This document shows, one piece after another, positions 10,686 to 20,097 of a DNA stretch of 64,000 nt. Under the pieces are notes generated by a model. The model saw nothing but the letters and a program-made list of their open reading frames with translations, was not told where the DNA came from and did no database searches. The translations under genes were made by a program, and so were the position numbers. Numbering within the stretch: the stretch's first letter is position 1; each line of letters opens with the position of its first letter. The stretch is from Bacteroidota bacterium (GTDB lineage Bacteria; Bacteroidota; Bacteroidia; 2-12-FULL-35-15): the NCBI GenBank assembly GCA_947449315.1, contig CANFRC010000014.1, positions 2,865-66,864 on the forward strand, read 5' to 3'.

Positions 10686-11171
10686 TTACGCTTCATTTTT
10701 TAAAAGATCCCAGATTAGATCACTTTCAAACCCTCTTGCTGCTGCATATTGAGCAATCTTGTAATTTCGTATCTGACTTTTTCCGCCTTTTATATCTTTT
10801 GATTTTTTAGCTAGGATCTCTTTTAGTGTTTTGATATAGTCACTGTCGTCAATTTCCTGCATTCCTTTTTTAATGCAATAGTCGGAGATCTTACGTTTTT
10901 TTAGTTCCAGTTTTATTTTTATCCGCCCCCATTTTTTTATTCTGAATTTGCCACCTGCGTATGCTTTAGCAAACCGTTCTTCATTTAAATAATTGTCAGT
11001 CACCAAACTTGCAATGATGTTTTCAACGGCATCGGTATACAAGCCCCACTCATAAAGCTTGTCGCGCATTTCCTGCTGACATCTTTCTTGATAGGCACAA
11101 GAAAGTTGTGCTTTATGTAAAGCTTGATTGGGAGTAAGTTTTTTTTTTATTTTTTTTTCTTCGAAATCCAT
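10686..11171 (-). CDS. recX: RecX-like regulatory protein
   Basis: 161 aa, helical, with a Lys/Arg-rich pattern (QALHKAQLSCAYQERCQQEMRDKL...) consistent with the RecX family. Call is tentative. Confidence 0.5.
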   Translation of the reverse strand: MDFEEKKIKKKLTPNQALHKAQLSCAYQERCQQEMRDKLYEWGLYTDAVENIIASLVTDNYLNEERFAKAYAGGKFRIKKWGRIKIKLELKKRKISDYCIKKGMQEIDDSDYIKTLKEILAKKSKDIKGGKSQIRNYKIAQYAAARGFESDLIWDLLKNEA

Positions 11172-11427
11172 ATGAAGTTTCTAGTAGCAATGATATTTAC
11201 ATTAGAAGCGATCTTAACGGGATCAATGGTTTTTTTCATTACTGCTCGTGTTTTTTTGAAGGATAGATTTTGCTCTGAAACAAACAAGTATTTTCGTTAA
11301 TCATGTATACGCTGCGCCATTATTATTGCGCTTTACATAGCCATTTTATTAAGTCAATTCTATCTGACCTAATTCAAATGTAAGTAAATATTATTATTTA
11401 GGAAAATAGAAAGTTGTTCAAACAAAA

Positions 11428-11470
11428 AACGCTTCCACGATTGATCGGGAAAGCGCTTTTTGTTTTCTCA
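11428..11470 (-). terminator. Rho-independent terminator downstream of rng
   Basis: GCGCTTCC...GGAAAGCGC stem. On the minus strand it is followed by TTTTTTGTTTG. Lies just past the rng stop at 11481. Confidence 0.5.
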
Positions 11471-11480
11471 GTAAGAATGA

Positions 11481-13070
11481 TTAGATTTTTATTTCATCCT
11501 CATTTTTATTCATGAAATGATATTCCAAGAATGTGTAGGATGAAACAGCACGAACTTTAAATTTACGTCCGTATTTTTTTGCCCATTTATGTTTTAATGA
11601 ACGAAAGAAAAACCCCTTTGTGATGTATGCTTCTAAATATGGATGAACACAAAGTGTAACACCCATTTCATTTTGCTCTTTTAAAATATAGCGCAAGTTA
11701 TTTTCGATCTGATCAATTAGGATTATGCTAGCCTGAATTTCACCGCTTCCTCCACAAGTAGGACATTTTTCTACAGTTACGATATTCATTTCCGGGCGAA
11801 CGCGTTGACGGGTAATTTGTATCAACCCGAATTTGCTAGGAGGTAGAATGTTGTGTTTCGCTCTGTCTTTCGACATTTCATCGCGCATTTTTTCGAAAAG
11901 TAACTTGCGGTTTTCGGCAGAATGAAGATCAATAAAATCGACAACGATGATGCCGCCCATGTCGCGTAAACGCAATTGGCGTGCAACTTCAACTGCGGCT
12001 TCTAAATTTACTTCAAGCGCATTGGTTTCCTGGTTGTTGTCTGATTTTGCTCTGTTACCGCTATTTACATCGATAACATGAAGCGCTTCAGTATGTTCAA
12101 CAATTAAGTAGCCACCACTTTTCATGGTTACAGTTTTTCCGAATAATGCTTTGATCTGACGGTCTACTCCGAAATTATCAAAGATCGGTGTTGGTCCTTT
12201 GTAAAGTTTTAAAATATTTTCTTTGTCAGGAGCAATGGTATGTAGGTAACTTTTTGTTTCATCAAACAATGTTTGATCATTGATGTGTATACTGTTGAAA
12301 CTTGCATTTAAAAGGTCACGCAGGATGGCAGATGTTCTGTCAATTTCACCTAAAACTTTTTGAGGTGGTTGAGCTGTTTTTAACGCTTCATAACAAATGT
12401 CCCATTTTTTTACAAGATCATTCAGATCGGCATCCAGATCAGCAACACTTTTCCCTTCCGCTACTGTACGAATGATTACACCAAAGTTTTTAGGTTTGAT
12501 ACTGGCAATTAATTTTTTTAGCCGAGTTTTTTCATCATTTGTTTTTATCTTCTGAGAGACAGAAATTTTATCAGAAAAAGGGATCAAGACGAGGTAGCGC
12601 CCTGCTAAAGAGATTTCAGTCGTTATCCTTGGTCCTTTTGAAGAAATGGGCTCCTTTGCGATTTGTATCAATAAATGCTGATTAGCATTGATTACATTTC
12701 CAATTTTACCGTCTTTCGGAATATCCTCTTCAAACTTAAAATACATTAAGTTGGAGGTAGTTTGTTTACCTGCTTGTACAGCTTTAGTATACTTACTGAA
12801 TGATGCGGCCTGAGGCCCCAGATCCAGGTAATGCAAGAATGCATCTTTTTCGTATCCAACATCCACAAAGGCAGCATTCAAACCGGGCATCACTTTTTTT
12901 ACGCGTCCCAGATAAATGTCACCTACAGAAAAATTGTTGTTGCTTTTTTCTCGATTAAGTTCTACTAATCGTTTATCATTTAATAGTGCAATAACAACTT
13001 CAGATGGGGTTGAATCAATAATTAATTCGTTGTTCAATTGAAGTTTTTTTAGTAAATACAATATCCCCAA
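11481..13070 (-). CDS. rng: Ribonuclease E/G family (Rne/Rng)
   Basis: 529 aa. S1-domain motif GLNAAFVDVGYEKDAFLH and RNase E/G catalytic-core-like middle region. The C-terminal CPTCGGSG resembles the Zn-link. Confidence 0.8.
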   Translation of the reverse strand: MGILYLLKKLQLNNELIIDSTPSEVVIALLNDKRLVELNREKSNNNFSVGDIYLGRVKKVMPGLNAAFVDVGYEKDAFLHYLDLGPQAASFSKYTKAVQAGKQTTSNLMYFKFEEDIPKDGKIGNVINANQHLLIQIAKEPISSKGPRITTEISLAGRYLVLIPFSDKISVSQKIKTNDEKTRLKKLIASIKPKNFGVIIRTVAEGKSVADLDADLNDLVKKWDICYEALKTAQPPQKVLGEIDRTSAILRDLLNASFNSIHINDQTLFDETKSYLHTIAPDKENILKLYKGPTPIFDNFGVDRQIKALFGKTVTMKSGGYLIVEHTEALHVIDVNSGNRAKSDNNQETNALEVNLEAAVEVARQLRLRDMGGIIVVDFIDLHSAENRKLLFEKMRDEMSKDRAKHNILPPSKFGLIQITRQRVRPEMNIVTVEKCPTCGGSGEIQASIILIDQIENNLRYILKEQNEMGVTLCVHPYLEAYITKGFFFRSLKHKWAKKYGRKFKVRAVSSYTFLEYHFMNKNEDEIKI

Positions 13071-13220
13071 TACCCCTGTTTTAGGAGTTGGTAGACGTTC
13101 TAATAACTTTGGTTGTGCTAATTAGGGCAATACCCAGAATGACAAACATACGTGTGCTAATAAACAGAATGGTAAATTGAATTTACATTCTGTTAGAAAT
13201 TTGCTATGAAACACACCGTT

Positions 13221-13244
13221 AAATAATCAGCTTGCGCTGATTAT
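13221..13244. terminator. Perfect 10-bp hairpin (AATAATCAGC-TTGC-GCTGATTATT) between the small basic ORF and rng
   Basis: Exact inverted repeat, seen directly. Followed by a T-run on the plus strand and an A/T-rich tract on the minus strand. Confidence 0.5.
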
Positions 13245-13328
13245 TTTTTATGTCTGTTTTTTCTCAAACGTTTTTTACGTTTGTGAGTAGCCATTTTATG
13301 TCTTTTTCTTTTTTTACCGCTTGGCATG
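13245..13328 (-). CDS. 27-codon ultra-basic small ORF (MPSGKKRKRHKMATHKRKKRLRKNRHKK)
   Basis: ATG at 13328, TAA at 13247-13245. 19 of 27 residues are K/R/H. Not in the supplied ORF track (below its length cutoff). Sits between the TPR gene and rng on the same strand. Confidence 0.3.
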
Positions 13329-13339
13329 ACTTTAAATGT

Positions 13340-14173
13340 TTAAGAGTTTTTTAATTTATTTATATAATCTTGAATCTCGGCTTTGATGGTGACATCATCA
13401 ACGATTGTAATGTATTTTTCTAAACTTTCAATTGCTTTTGCTTTATCACCTTTTTGCTGATAAGCATCGGCAAGATGCAAATATGCTTCAATAAAATCGG
13501 GCTGAATTTTCAACACCTTTTGAAATCTCGCGATTGCTCTGTCCCATTGCCCTGATTTTTCAGAGAAAAATGCAAAGTTCAATTGAAGATTTACATTATT
13601 CGAATCTGTTTTTTCAACTTCACGTAACATTCCAATTCCTTTCATCGGGTCTGAACTTCCTTCCACATAACAAGCGGCTAAACTGATTTTAACTTCCAGA
13701 TTGTTAGGATTCAGATCAAGCGTTTTTTGAAAACAATCCATTGCTTTACTGCAAAGTAATGGTCTGTCTGCTTCCTTCGCAAATCGGGTTGCCGCATAAT
13801 AACGGTTTCCTGCTTCTGCCCAGTTTTTTTCTATCGGTGAAGCCTCAGCAGCTTTTTCCATATAATATGCCGCGGCAGTTGGCAAGCGCAAAGTATCCAA
13901 TTCATTGATGATGTTTTCAAAAGCAGTTTTTTTATCTGAACCGGATTTCACCGCTTCATCTAATTTTTGAATGACTGACTTTTGTTCTATCGTCAATCCG
14001 TCAATTGCATTTTGAACCAATGTTGTTAATGCAACAGCATTATTCGGTCCTGCATGATCAGACATTTTCGCCTCTTCTTTACTTGGAGGAAGTTTCGTAT
14101 TTGCAAATAATAAAAGAACGATTAATAGGATTGAGCCTGAAATTACTGCTATTTGAGTTTTATTTACAGACAT
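13340..14173 (-). CDS. Tetratricopeptide-repeat protein with N-terminal signal/anchor
   Basis: 277 aa. N-terminal hydrophobic helix (IAVISGSILLIVLLLFA), then repeated A..Y....G.W..A motifs typical of TPRs. Confidence 0.65.
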   Translation of the reverse strand: MSVNKTQIAVISGSILLIVLLLFANTKLPPSKEEAKMSDHAGPNNAVALTTLVQNAIDGLTIEQKSVIQKLDEAVKSGSDKKTAFENIINELDTLRLPTAAAYYMEKAAEASPIEKNWAEAGNRYYAATRFAKEADRPLLCSKAMDCFQKTLDLNPNNLEVKISLAACYVEGSSDPMKGIGMLREVEKTDSNNVNLQLNFAFFSEKSGQWDRAIARFQKVLKIQPDFIEAYLHLADAYQQKGDKAKAIESLEKYITIVDDVTIKAEIQDYINKLKNS

Positions 14174-14183
14174 TCTGTTGTAT

Positions 14184-14483
14184 TTAAACTGTTGCTTCTT
14201 TTTTTACGTTTTTCTTTACTTTTTCAGCAAATGTTTTTGCTGGTTTAAAAGCAGGAATATAATGTGCAGGTATTATTATCGTTGTATTTTTAGAAATATT
14301 TCTACCTGTTTTTTCAGCGCGTTTTTTTACAATAAAGCTTCCAAAGCCTCTTAAGTAAACATTTTCGCCACTTACCATCGAGTTTCTTACCGATTTCATA
14401 AATGCTTCAACACTTGCTTGAACAGCTACTTTTTCAATTCCTGTTTTTTCTGCAATGTCGTTGATGATGTCTGCCTTTGTCAT
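14184..14483 (-). CDS. hup: HU/IHF-family DNA-binding protein
   Basis: 99 aa. MTKADIINDIAEKTG...GFGSF..K.R.....RN match the HU fold signature. Confidence 0.85.
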   Translation of the reverse strand: MTKADIINDIAEKTGIEKVAVQASVEAFMKSVRNSMVSGENVYLRGFGSFIVKKRAEKTGRNISKNTTIIIPAHYIPAFKPAKTFAEKVKKNVKKEATV

Positions 14484-14678
14484 ACGTCTATAATCTATTT
14501 ATAATCAAATAATTAATTCAATAAAACTAAAATTTAGGGACGCAAAGATAGTATTTTAATAGTCAAACAAAAATTTTAAGTGAAATTTTGCTGTTTTTGT
14601 TCTTCTTCACTTGATTTTAAAGGGAAATAAAGGGTATTTTTACTGCGAAATATAAACAAAAGAACTTTTGTCCTTTAA

Positions 14679-15743
14679 ATGAAGCGCTTTTCCAAAGAAA
14701 TAATTGCCTGGTATCTTATTAATAAGCGTGATCTGCCTTGGCGCAATACAAATGATGCATACCTCATCTGGCTTTCCGAAATTATTCTTCAACAAACTCG
14801 AGTTGATCAAGGAATGGCGTACTACTTGAAATTTGCCAGTAATTTCCCTACTGTCAAACACCTCGCGAAAGCCCATAGCGATAAAGTAATGAAGCTTTGG
14901 CAAGGGTTGGGATATTATTCTAGAGCAAGGAATCTTCATGAAACATCTCAGATAATTGCTTCAGTATATAAAGGAAAATTTCCGGATGTTTACGAAGATA
15001 TTCTTTCTTTAAAAGGCATCGGGGAATACACTGCTGCAGCGATTGCTTCTTTTGCGTTTAACAAACCTCATGCTGTTGTCGATGGGAATGTATATCGAGT
15101 TCTGTCTAGGGTTTTCGGGATAGAAACACCTATTGATTCTTCAATGGGTAAAAAGGAATTTTATCAGTTGGCCAATGAACTTATTGATAAAAAAAATCCA
15201 GGTCTTTTCAATCAGGCTATTATGGAATTGGGAGCAATACAATGTAAACCTATCAATCCGGATTGCTCTCTGTGCCCTTTGAATGCGATGTGTGTCGCTT
15301 TTGCAAAAAAGCGAATCACTGAACTGCCTGTCAAAGAAAAGAAGACGAAAGTCCGCAACCGCTTTTTGTATTATATAGTAGTCAATTATAAAGGTAAAAC
15401 GATAATAAATAAAAGGATAGGGAACGATATCTGGAAAAACCTTTACGATTTTCCGCTTATCGAAACAGCGAAAGAATTGAGTGAAACGGAGTTCTTTGGC
15501 TCCGAGCAATGGCAACAATTCATTGGAGAAACATCTTACACCATTACTTCTGTATCTTCTATACATAAACATATACTCAGTCATCAGAAAATATTTGCTC
15601 GCTTCGTAGAAATTAATTGCAAATCATCATTCAGCAAATTGGTCTCGGATACAGCCATTATCATAAATAATAAAGACATCCAAAAATATGCTGTTCCGAG
15701 GCTGGTGGATATTTATTTGGAGAAGCGAATCAAAGAAAAGTGA
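14679..15743 (+). CDS. mutY: A/G-specific adenine DNA glycosylase
   Basis: 354 aa. N-terminal WY...RDLPWR, HhH-GPD region, and a C-x6-C-x2-C-x5-C FeS cluster loop (CKPINPDCSLCPLNAMC). Confidence 0.85.
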   Translation: MKRFSKEIIAWYLINKRDLPWRNTNDAYLIWLSEIILQQTRVDQGMAYYLKFASNFPTVKHLAKAHSDKVMKLWQGLGYYSRARNLHETSQIIASVYKGKFPDVYEDILSLKGIGEYTAAAIASFAFNKPHAVVDGNVYRVLSRVFGIETPIDSSMGKKEFYQLANELIDKKNPGLFNQAIMELGAIQCKPINPDCSLCPLNAMCVAFAKKRITELPVKEKKTKVRNRFLYYIVVNYKGKTIINKRIGNDIWKNLYDFPLIETAKELSETEFFGSEQWQQFIGETSYTITSVSSIHKHILSHQKIFARFVEINCKSSFSKLVSDTAIIINNKDIQKYAVPRLVDIYLEKRIKEK

Positions 15744-15835
15744 TCGTTCAGGGAAAATACATCATTTAAATTTTTCTTAAACACTTGCATTCCCTCTGAT
15801 CCTTCCGTATATTTGTTTTGAAAAAAATCACTATC

Positions 15836-16243
15836 ATGGCAGGCGTTAATAAAGTAATATTAGTTGGTAATTTAGGTAAAGATCCAGAAGTTCGTCATCT
15901 GGAAGGTGGTGCTGCAGTTGCTAATTTTACATTAGCAACATCCGATTCATACAAGGATAAAAGTGGTGCACGCCAAGAGCAAACAGAATGGCATAACATT
16001 GTTGTTTGGAGAGGCTTGGCCGAAGTTGCAGAAAAATACTTGAAAAAGGGGATGACCATTTACCTGGAAGGAAAATTACGCACACGTTCCTGGGACGATA
16101 AAGAAGGTCATAAACGTTATACAACAGAAATTGTTGGTGATACATTTACAATTGTAAGTAAAAAGGAAAATAGCTCTTCTTCTTCAGGAAATGAAGATGT
16201 AAATCTAAATATACCAAAACCTGGAGATGATTTACCATTCTGA
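15836..16243 (+). CDS. ssb: Single-stranded DNA-binding protein
   Basis: [22 protein letters not shown]-fold N-terminus, and the acidic C-terminal tail DDLPF. ATG at 15836 preferred over the upstream TTG at 15818. Confidence 0.9.
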   Translation: MAGVNKVILVGNLGKDPEVRHLEGGAAVANFTLATSDSYKDKSGARQEQTEWHNIVVWRGLAEVAEKYLKKGMTIYLEGKLRTRSWDDKEGHKRYTTEIVGDTFTIVSKKENSSSSSGNEDVNLNIPKPGDDLPF

Positions 16244-16410
16244 TTATAGAATAAAAGACCATTTATTTTCAAACTACTATCTTTGCGCACGTATATCTAA
16301 AAACACTAACATTGGCCGTCACGAGTACCCTTCTGCTTAATACAATTTCACCTTTCCTTACTATTGTTGTAAAGCCATTTTCAATAAGCATTTTATTGGC
16401 TATCCTGTGC

Positions 16411-18330
16411 ATGTTTATTTTATTAGTTATTGTTGCTTTGGTTTCGGCTGCAGAGTCCGCTTTTTTTTCCCTTTCACCAACGGATATGGATGACTTAAAG
16501 TCTTCGGGGACCAAGCTCGATGAAAAAATACTTCATCTTATTGAAACGCCAAAGCGATTGCTTGCTACACTTTTGATTAGTGTTAACTTCATTAATATTG
16601 CCATTGTTATTCTTTCTACTTTTGTGATGAATGAACTGTTTGATTTTACGCAGGATCATTTTTTAGGTTTTATAATTCAGGTAGTTGCGGTTACATTTTT
16701 GATACTTTTGGTGGGGGAGGTAACTCCTAAGATTTATGCAACACAAAACCCCTTGCGAGCAACACGTGTGCTCATCTATTTTGTTCAGTTGCTCCAGAAA
16801 ATATTTTATCCTATCAGCACGTTTTTGATATTCGCTACTTCTTTGCTCGATAAATTAATCAAGCCTAGATCGCATAATATTTCTGTCGATGAGTTATCGC
16901 AAGCCTTGGAACTTACTTCCGATGAAGATATACCGGAAGAAGATCATAAAATATTAAGAGGGATTGTAAAATTTGGAAATACAGATGTCAAGCAGATTAT
17001 GCAATCAAGGACGCATGTTACTGCCTTTGAAAGCAAAGTTGATTTTAAAAAATTGCTTGCCGATCTTACGTCATATGGCTTTTCAAGAGTTCCTGTCTAT
17101 AACGAAACATTAGATAATATAACAGGTGTATTGTATGCAAAGGATCTCTTGCAATATATTGATGAAGCAGATGATTTTAATTGGCTGAAAATAATTCGAC
17201 CTCCGTTTTTTGTACCAGAAAGCAAAAAGATCGATGATCTTCTTCGTGAGTTTCAGTCCAAGAAAATTCATTTAGCCGTTGTCGTAGATGAATATGGTGG
17301 AACTTCAGGTATTGTCACACTCGAAGATATTATTGAGGAAATTGTCGGTGAAATTAATGATGAGTTTGATGATGATGATCTGATCTACTCCAAGCTGGAT
17401 GAAAACAATTTTGTGTTTGAAGGAAAGGCGCCTCTTAACGACATTTATCGTATACTCGAAATTGATGGGGAAGCCTTTGAGGATGCAAAAGGAGAAGCGG
17501 ATACGTTGGCCGGATTAATCATAGAAATTGAAGGCCGGATTCCAACAAAAAATGAGAAGATCGCATTTAAAAATTTATTGTTTACTATTGAATCTGCTGA
17601 TAACAGAAAGATAAAAAGAGTGAAAATTACAATTGAAAGAGATGAAGAAAAATATCGTATTGGATCATTTAGAAAGTATCAATTAATAGGCCTCTTACCT
17701 TGTGCTTTGATTCTAATAAGTTGTGTTTATCTTCCTGCTTGTGGCAATGATGATGATACGATTGTTCCAAAACCACACGCTTATTTTAGATTGCATCTAC
17801 CAGAAAAGAAGTATGTGACGTATGATTCAATCTTTCCTTTCACATTTGATATCCCAGTATATTCAAAAGTGGAGATACGTAAAAGTCCTGATGCAAAAAC
17901 AAGTTGGCTCAATTTAAATTTCCCTACTCTTAATGGAACAATAAATCTGACTTATAAATCACTTGATGGTGATTTGGATAATAATCTGCAAGAAACATAT
18001 GATTATGTGAATAAGCATCAGGTAAAAGCATCAAGTATCGAAGATAAATTAGTATCAAGGGATTCTGTAAAAGTATACGGATTGATCTATGAGATTGGAG
18101 GGAATGCAGCATCTTCTATTCAGTTCTTCTTAACAGACAGCACCAAAAATTTTATTCGTGGCGCACTCTATTTTAATGCAGTACCAAATACAGATTCGAT
18201 TTCTCCTGTGATTGATTATATCCGCAAAGATATCTATCGAATGATAGATACATTTGAATGGAAAAAACAAACAGCGTCTTCAGGCAGTCTTCCTCAGGCT
18301 GTGAATAAAAAACAAGGAAGAAGCAAATAA
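16411..18330 (+). CDS. gldE/gldD: GldE-like (CNNM TM + tandem CBS + CorC domain) fused in frame to GldD-like lipoprotein
   Basis: N-terminal 413 aa: TM region, CBS pair and a CorC_HlyC-like end (KRVKITIERDEE). C-terminal about 220 aa: an internal lipoprotein signal RKYQLIGLLPCALILISC, then a PKPHAYFRLHLP...PFTFDIP...FEWKK pattern matching GldD. No stop codon and no ATG lie between the two parts. An alternative TTG start lies at 16312. Confidence 0.65.
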   Translation: MFILLVIVALVSAAESAFFSLSPTDMDDLKSSGTKLDEKILHLIETPKRLLATLLISVNFINIAIVILSTFVMNELFDFTQDHFLGFIIQVVAVTFLILLVGEVTPKIYATQNPLRATRVLIYFVQLLQKIFYPISTFLIFATSLLDKLIKPRSHNISVDELSQALELTSDEDIPEEDHKILRGIVKFGNTDVKQIMQSRTHVTAFESKVDFKKLLADLTSYGFSRVPVYNETLDNITGVLYAKDLLQYIDEADDFNWLKIIRPPFFVPESKKIDDLLREFQSKKIHLAVVVDEYGGTSGIVTLEDIIEEIVGEINDEFDDDDLIYSKLDENNFVFEGKAPLNDIYRILEIDGEAFEDAKGEADTLAGLIIEIEGRIPTKNEKIAFKNLLFTIESADNRKIKRVKITIERDEEKYRIGSFRKYQLIGLLPCALILISCVYLPACGNDDDTIVPKPHAYFRLHLPEKKYVTYDSIFPFTFDIPVYSKVEIRKSPDAKTSWLNLNFPTLNGTINLTYKSLDGDLDNNLQETYDYVNKHQVKASSIEDKLVSRDSVKVYGLIYEIGGNAASSIQFFLTDSTKNFIRGALYFNAVPNTDSISPVIDYIRKDIYRMIDTFEWKKQTASSGSLPQAVNKKQGRSK

Positions 18331-19308
18331 TAAGAAAGCGCCTGTTTGGTGCAATACTCCCATTGTTACAGGAACAGAATATATTAAAGTAATCACCCCT
18401 AATATAAATTGGATAACAACAACACTCATCATAAAATTAGAGGCGCTTCGCTGTAATTTGCTTAACTCCATTAACCTGGATTTTTCCCAAACAAACAAGA
18501 CTAATATAGCAACAGCAATAGCTATGTAGCGATGCAAAAATTGTACGCCAGAAGGATTCTCCAAAAAGTTTTTCCAGAAGGGCTCAAATGAAGTAACTGT
18601 ATCTGGCATCAATGAATGCCCCATCATTGGGTAGGTGTTGTAAAATAATCCTGCTTTTAATCCTGCTACAAAAGCACCGTAAATAATTTGCAATACAATG
18701 GAACCAAACATAATTCGTGACCATCCTCTAACTCTTTTAGATATTTTGGTTTCAACAATATCTTTTGGATACAAAAGATCCATTGCATACCAGAATGTAA
18801 ATCCAAAAACGGTAAACGCACTGATGAGGTGAGCTGCTAGTCTGTAATGACTGACATGCGGCTCTTTTTGCAGTCCACTTTTTACCATGAACCAGCCAAG
18901 TGCTCCTTGCAAAGCACCTAAAAAAAGTAAAACATACATTTTTTTTAAAAATGATTTATCGAATTTTTTCTTTACCAAGAAATATACAAACGGAACAAGG
19001 AAAATGACACCTATTGTCCTACCTAATAATCGGTGAATATATTCCCACCAATAAATGGATTTGAATTCTTCTAGGGTAAACTGATTGTTGATGAGTTGAT
19101 ATTCTGGTGATTGTTTGTATTTTTCAAAGGGGATCTGCCAGGCTGCATCGCTTGTTGGAGGCAAGGATCCTATTATCGGGTTCCATTCCACCATGGATAA
19201 TCCGGAGTGTGTTAACCGTGTGATTCCTCCTATTACAACCATTGCATAGATTAAGAAGCAACCTGCCAGCAGCCAGATAACAATTGGTTTGTGTGGATTG
19301 TTTTTCAT
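18280..19308 (-). CDS. ctaA: Heme A synthase (COX15/CtaA family)
   Basis: 342 aa. MVVIGGITRLTHSGLSMVEWNP matches the conserved CtaA N-terminal motif. Multiple TM helices with His residues. 51-nt convergent overlap with the end of the gldE/gldD ORF. Confidence 0.8.
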   Translation of the reverse strand: MKNNPHKPIVIWLLAGCFLIYAMVVIGGITRLTHSGLSMVEWNPIIGSLPPTSDAAWQIPFEKYKQSPEYQLINNQFTLEEFKSIYWWEYIHRLLGRTIGVIFLVPFVYFLVKKKFDKSFLKKMYVLLFLGALQGALGWFMVKSGLQKEPHVSHYRLAAHLISAFTVFGFTFWYAMDLLYPKDIVETKISKRVRGWSRIMFGSIVLQIIYGAFVAGLKAGLFYNTYPMMGHSLMPDTVTSFEPFWKNFLENPSGVQFLHRYIAIAVAILVLFVWEKSRLMELSKLQRSASNFMMSVVVIQFILGVITLIYSVPVTMGVLHQTGAFLLFASSLFFIHSLRKTA

Positions 19309-19412
19309 GTTAAATCGATTCGTTTATTTTATGATGTAAAGGTAATAATTGTTTTTTCGTATAATAAACCAAACTATTTTTTAGTTTTACTTACTACAAA
19401 CAACATTAAATA

Positions 19413-20057
19413 ATGTTCATCATGAAAAAAATAATTTTGTTTTGCTTGTTAATTCCCACTTTGAGTAGTGCGCAGCAGCATTCCGATACTGTTAGTGGAT
19501 GTTTTCAGTTGGGTGTTCGGTCTGCCTTTAGCGCGTTTAGCGATGCTGGAGCTTCGGGATTTGGTTTTGGTGGGCAATTCCGCATTCGTCTGCTTGACCG
19601 ACTCAATACGGACTGGTTTGCCGATTATTTAACAACTGATATAAAAGGGTTGGCTAAAAGAGAGGATATGCATATTGGATGGTCCGTATTGGCGTATCCC
19701 TTCAATTGCAAAACCATCAAAAGGAAAATAACACCTTATATCTTGGCCGGACATTGTTTTGACTATACAAAAGTTTCGAAAAACAATAGTGATGTCTTCA
19801 AAGAAAAATGGAGTAGTGCTGTTCAAGCAGGATTAGGAATGCATTATAATTTCACCGACAGAATGGATATTTCATTGACAGGGCAATATATGATGCATCT
19901 TGGAAAAGAAGTAAATGCTCAGGTTTTTGAAGTGGATGGAAAAAAGGATGTGTTGATCACAAAGGATAAGATCAGTGGTATCGAAGGACATATGCTTATC
20001 AACCTAAGTATGAATGTGCTGCTGTTTGATATGTGGAACAAAAAACACAATAAATGA
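19413..20057 (+). CDS. Small outer-membrane beta-barrel protein (about 8-strand, OmpW/opacity-like)
   Basis: 214 aa. Signal peptide MKKIILFCLLIPTLSSAQQ. Alternating amphipathic strands with aromatic girdle residues. Confidence 0.45.
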   Translation: MFIMKKIILFCLLIPTLSSAQQHSDTVSGCFQLGVRSAFSAFSDAGASGFGFGGQFRIRLLDRLNTDWFADYLTTDIKGLAKREDMHIGWSVLAYPFNCKTIKRKITPYILAGHCFDYTKVSKNNSDVFKEKWSSAVQAGLGMHYNFTDRMDISLTGQYMMHLGKEVNAQVFEVDGKKDVLITKDKISGIEGHMLINLSMNVLLFDMWNKKHNK

Positions 20058-20097
20058 TCTACGGTTCAATAAAATACGTTTCATTAAATTCAATAAC

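Noticed and set aside
14640-14939. 99-aa minus-strand ORF spanning the mutY start region
   Set aside because: It overlaps the N-terminal 87 codons of a well-supported mutY. It has no motif, and the hup-mutY intergenic region is better explained as divergent promoters.
18280-18330. 51-nt convergent overlap between the end of the gldE/gldD ORF and the end of ctaA, considered as evidence that one gene is mis-called
   Set aside because: Both C-terminal regions align in character with their families (GldD ...FEWKK plus a short tail; CtaA last TM helix). Convergent 3' overlaps of this size occur, so it is reported only as a note within the gldE/gldD finding.
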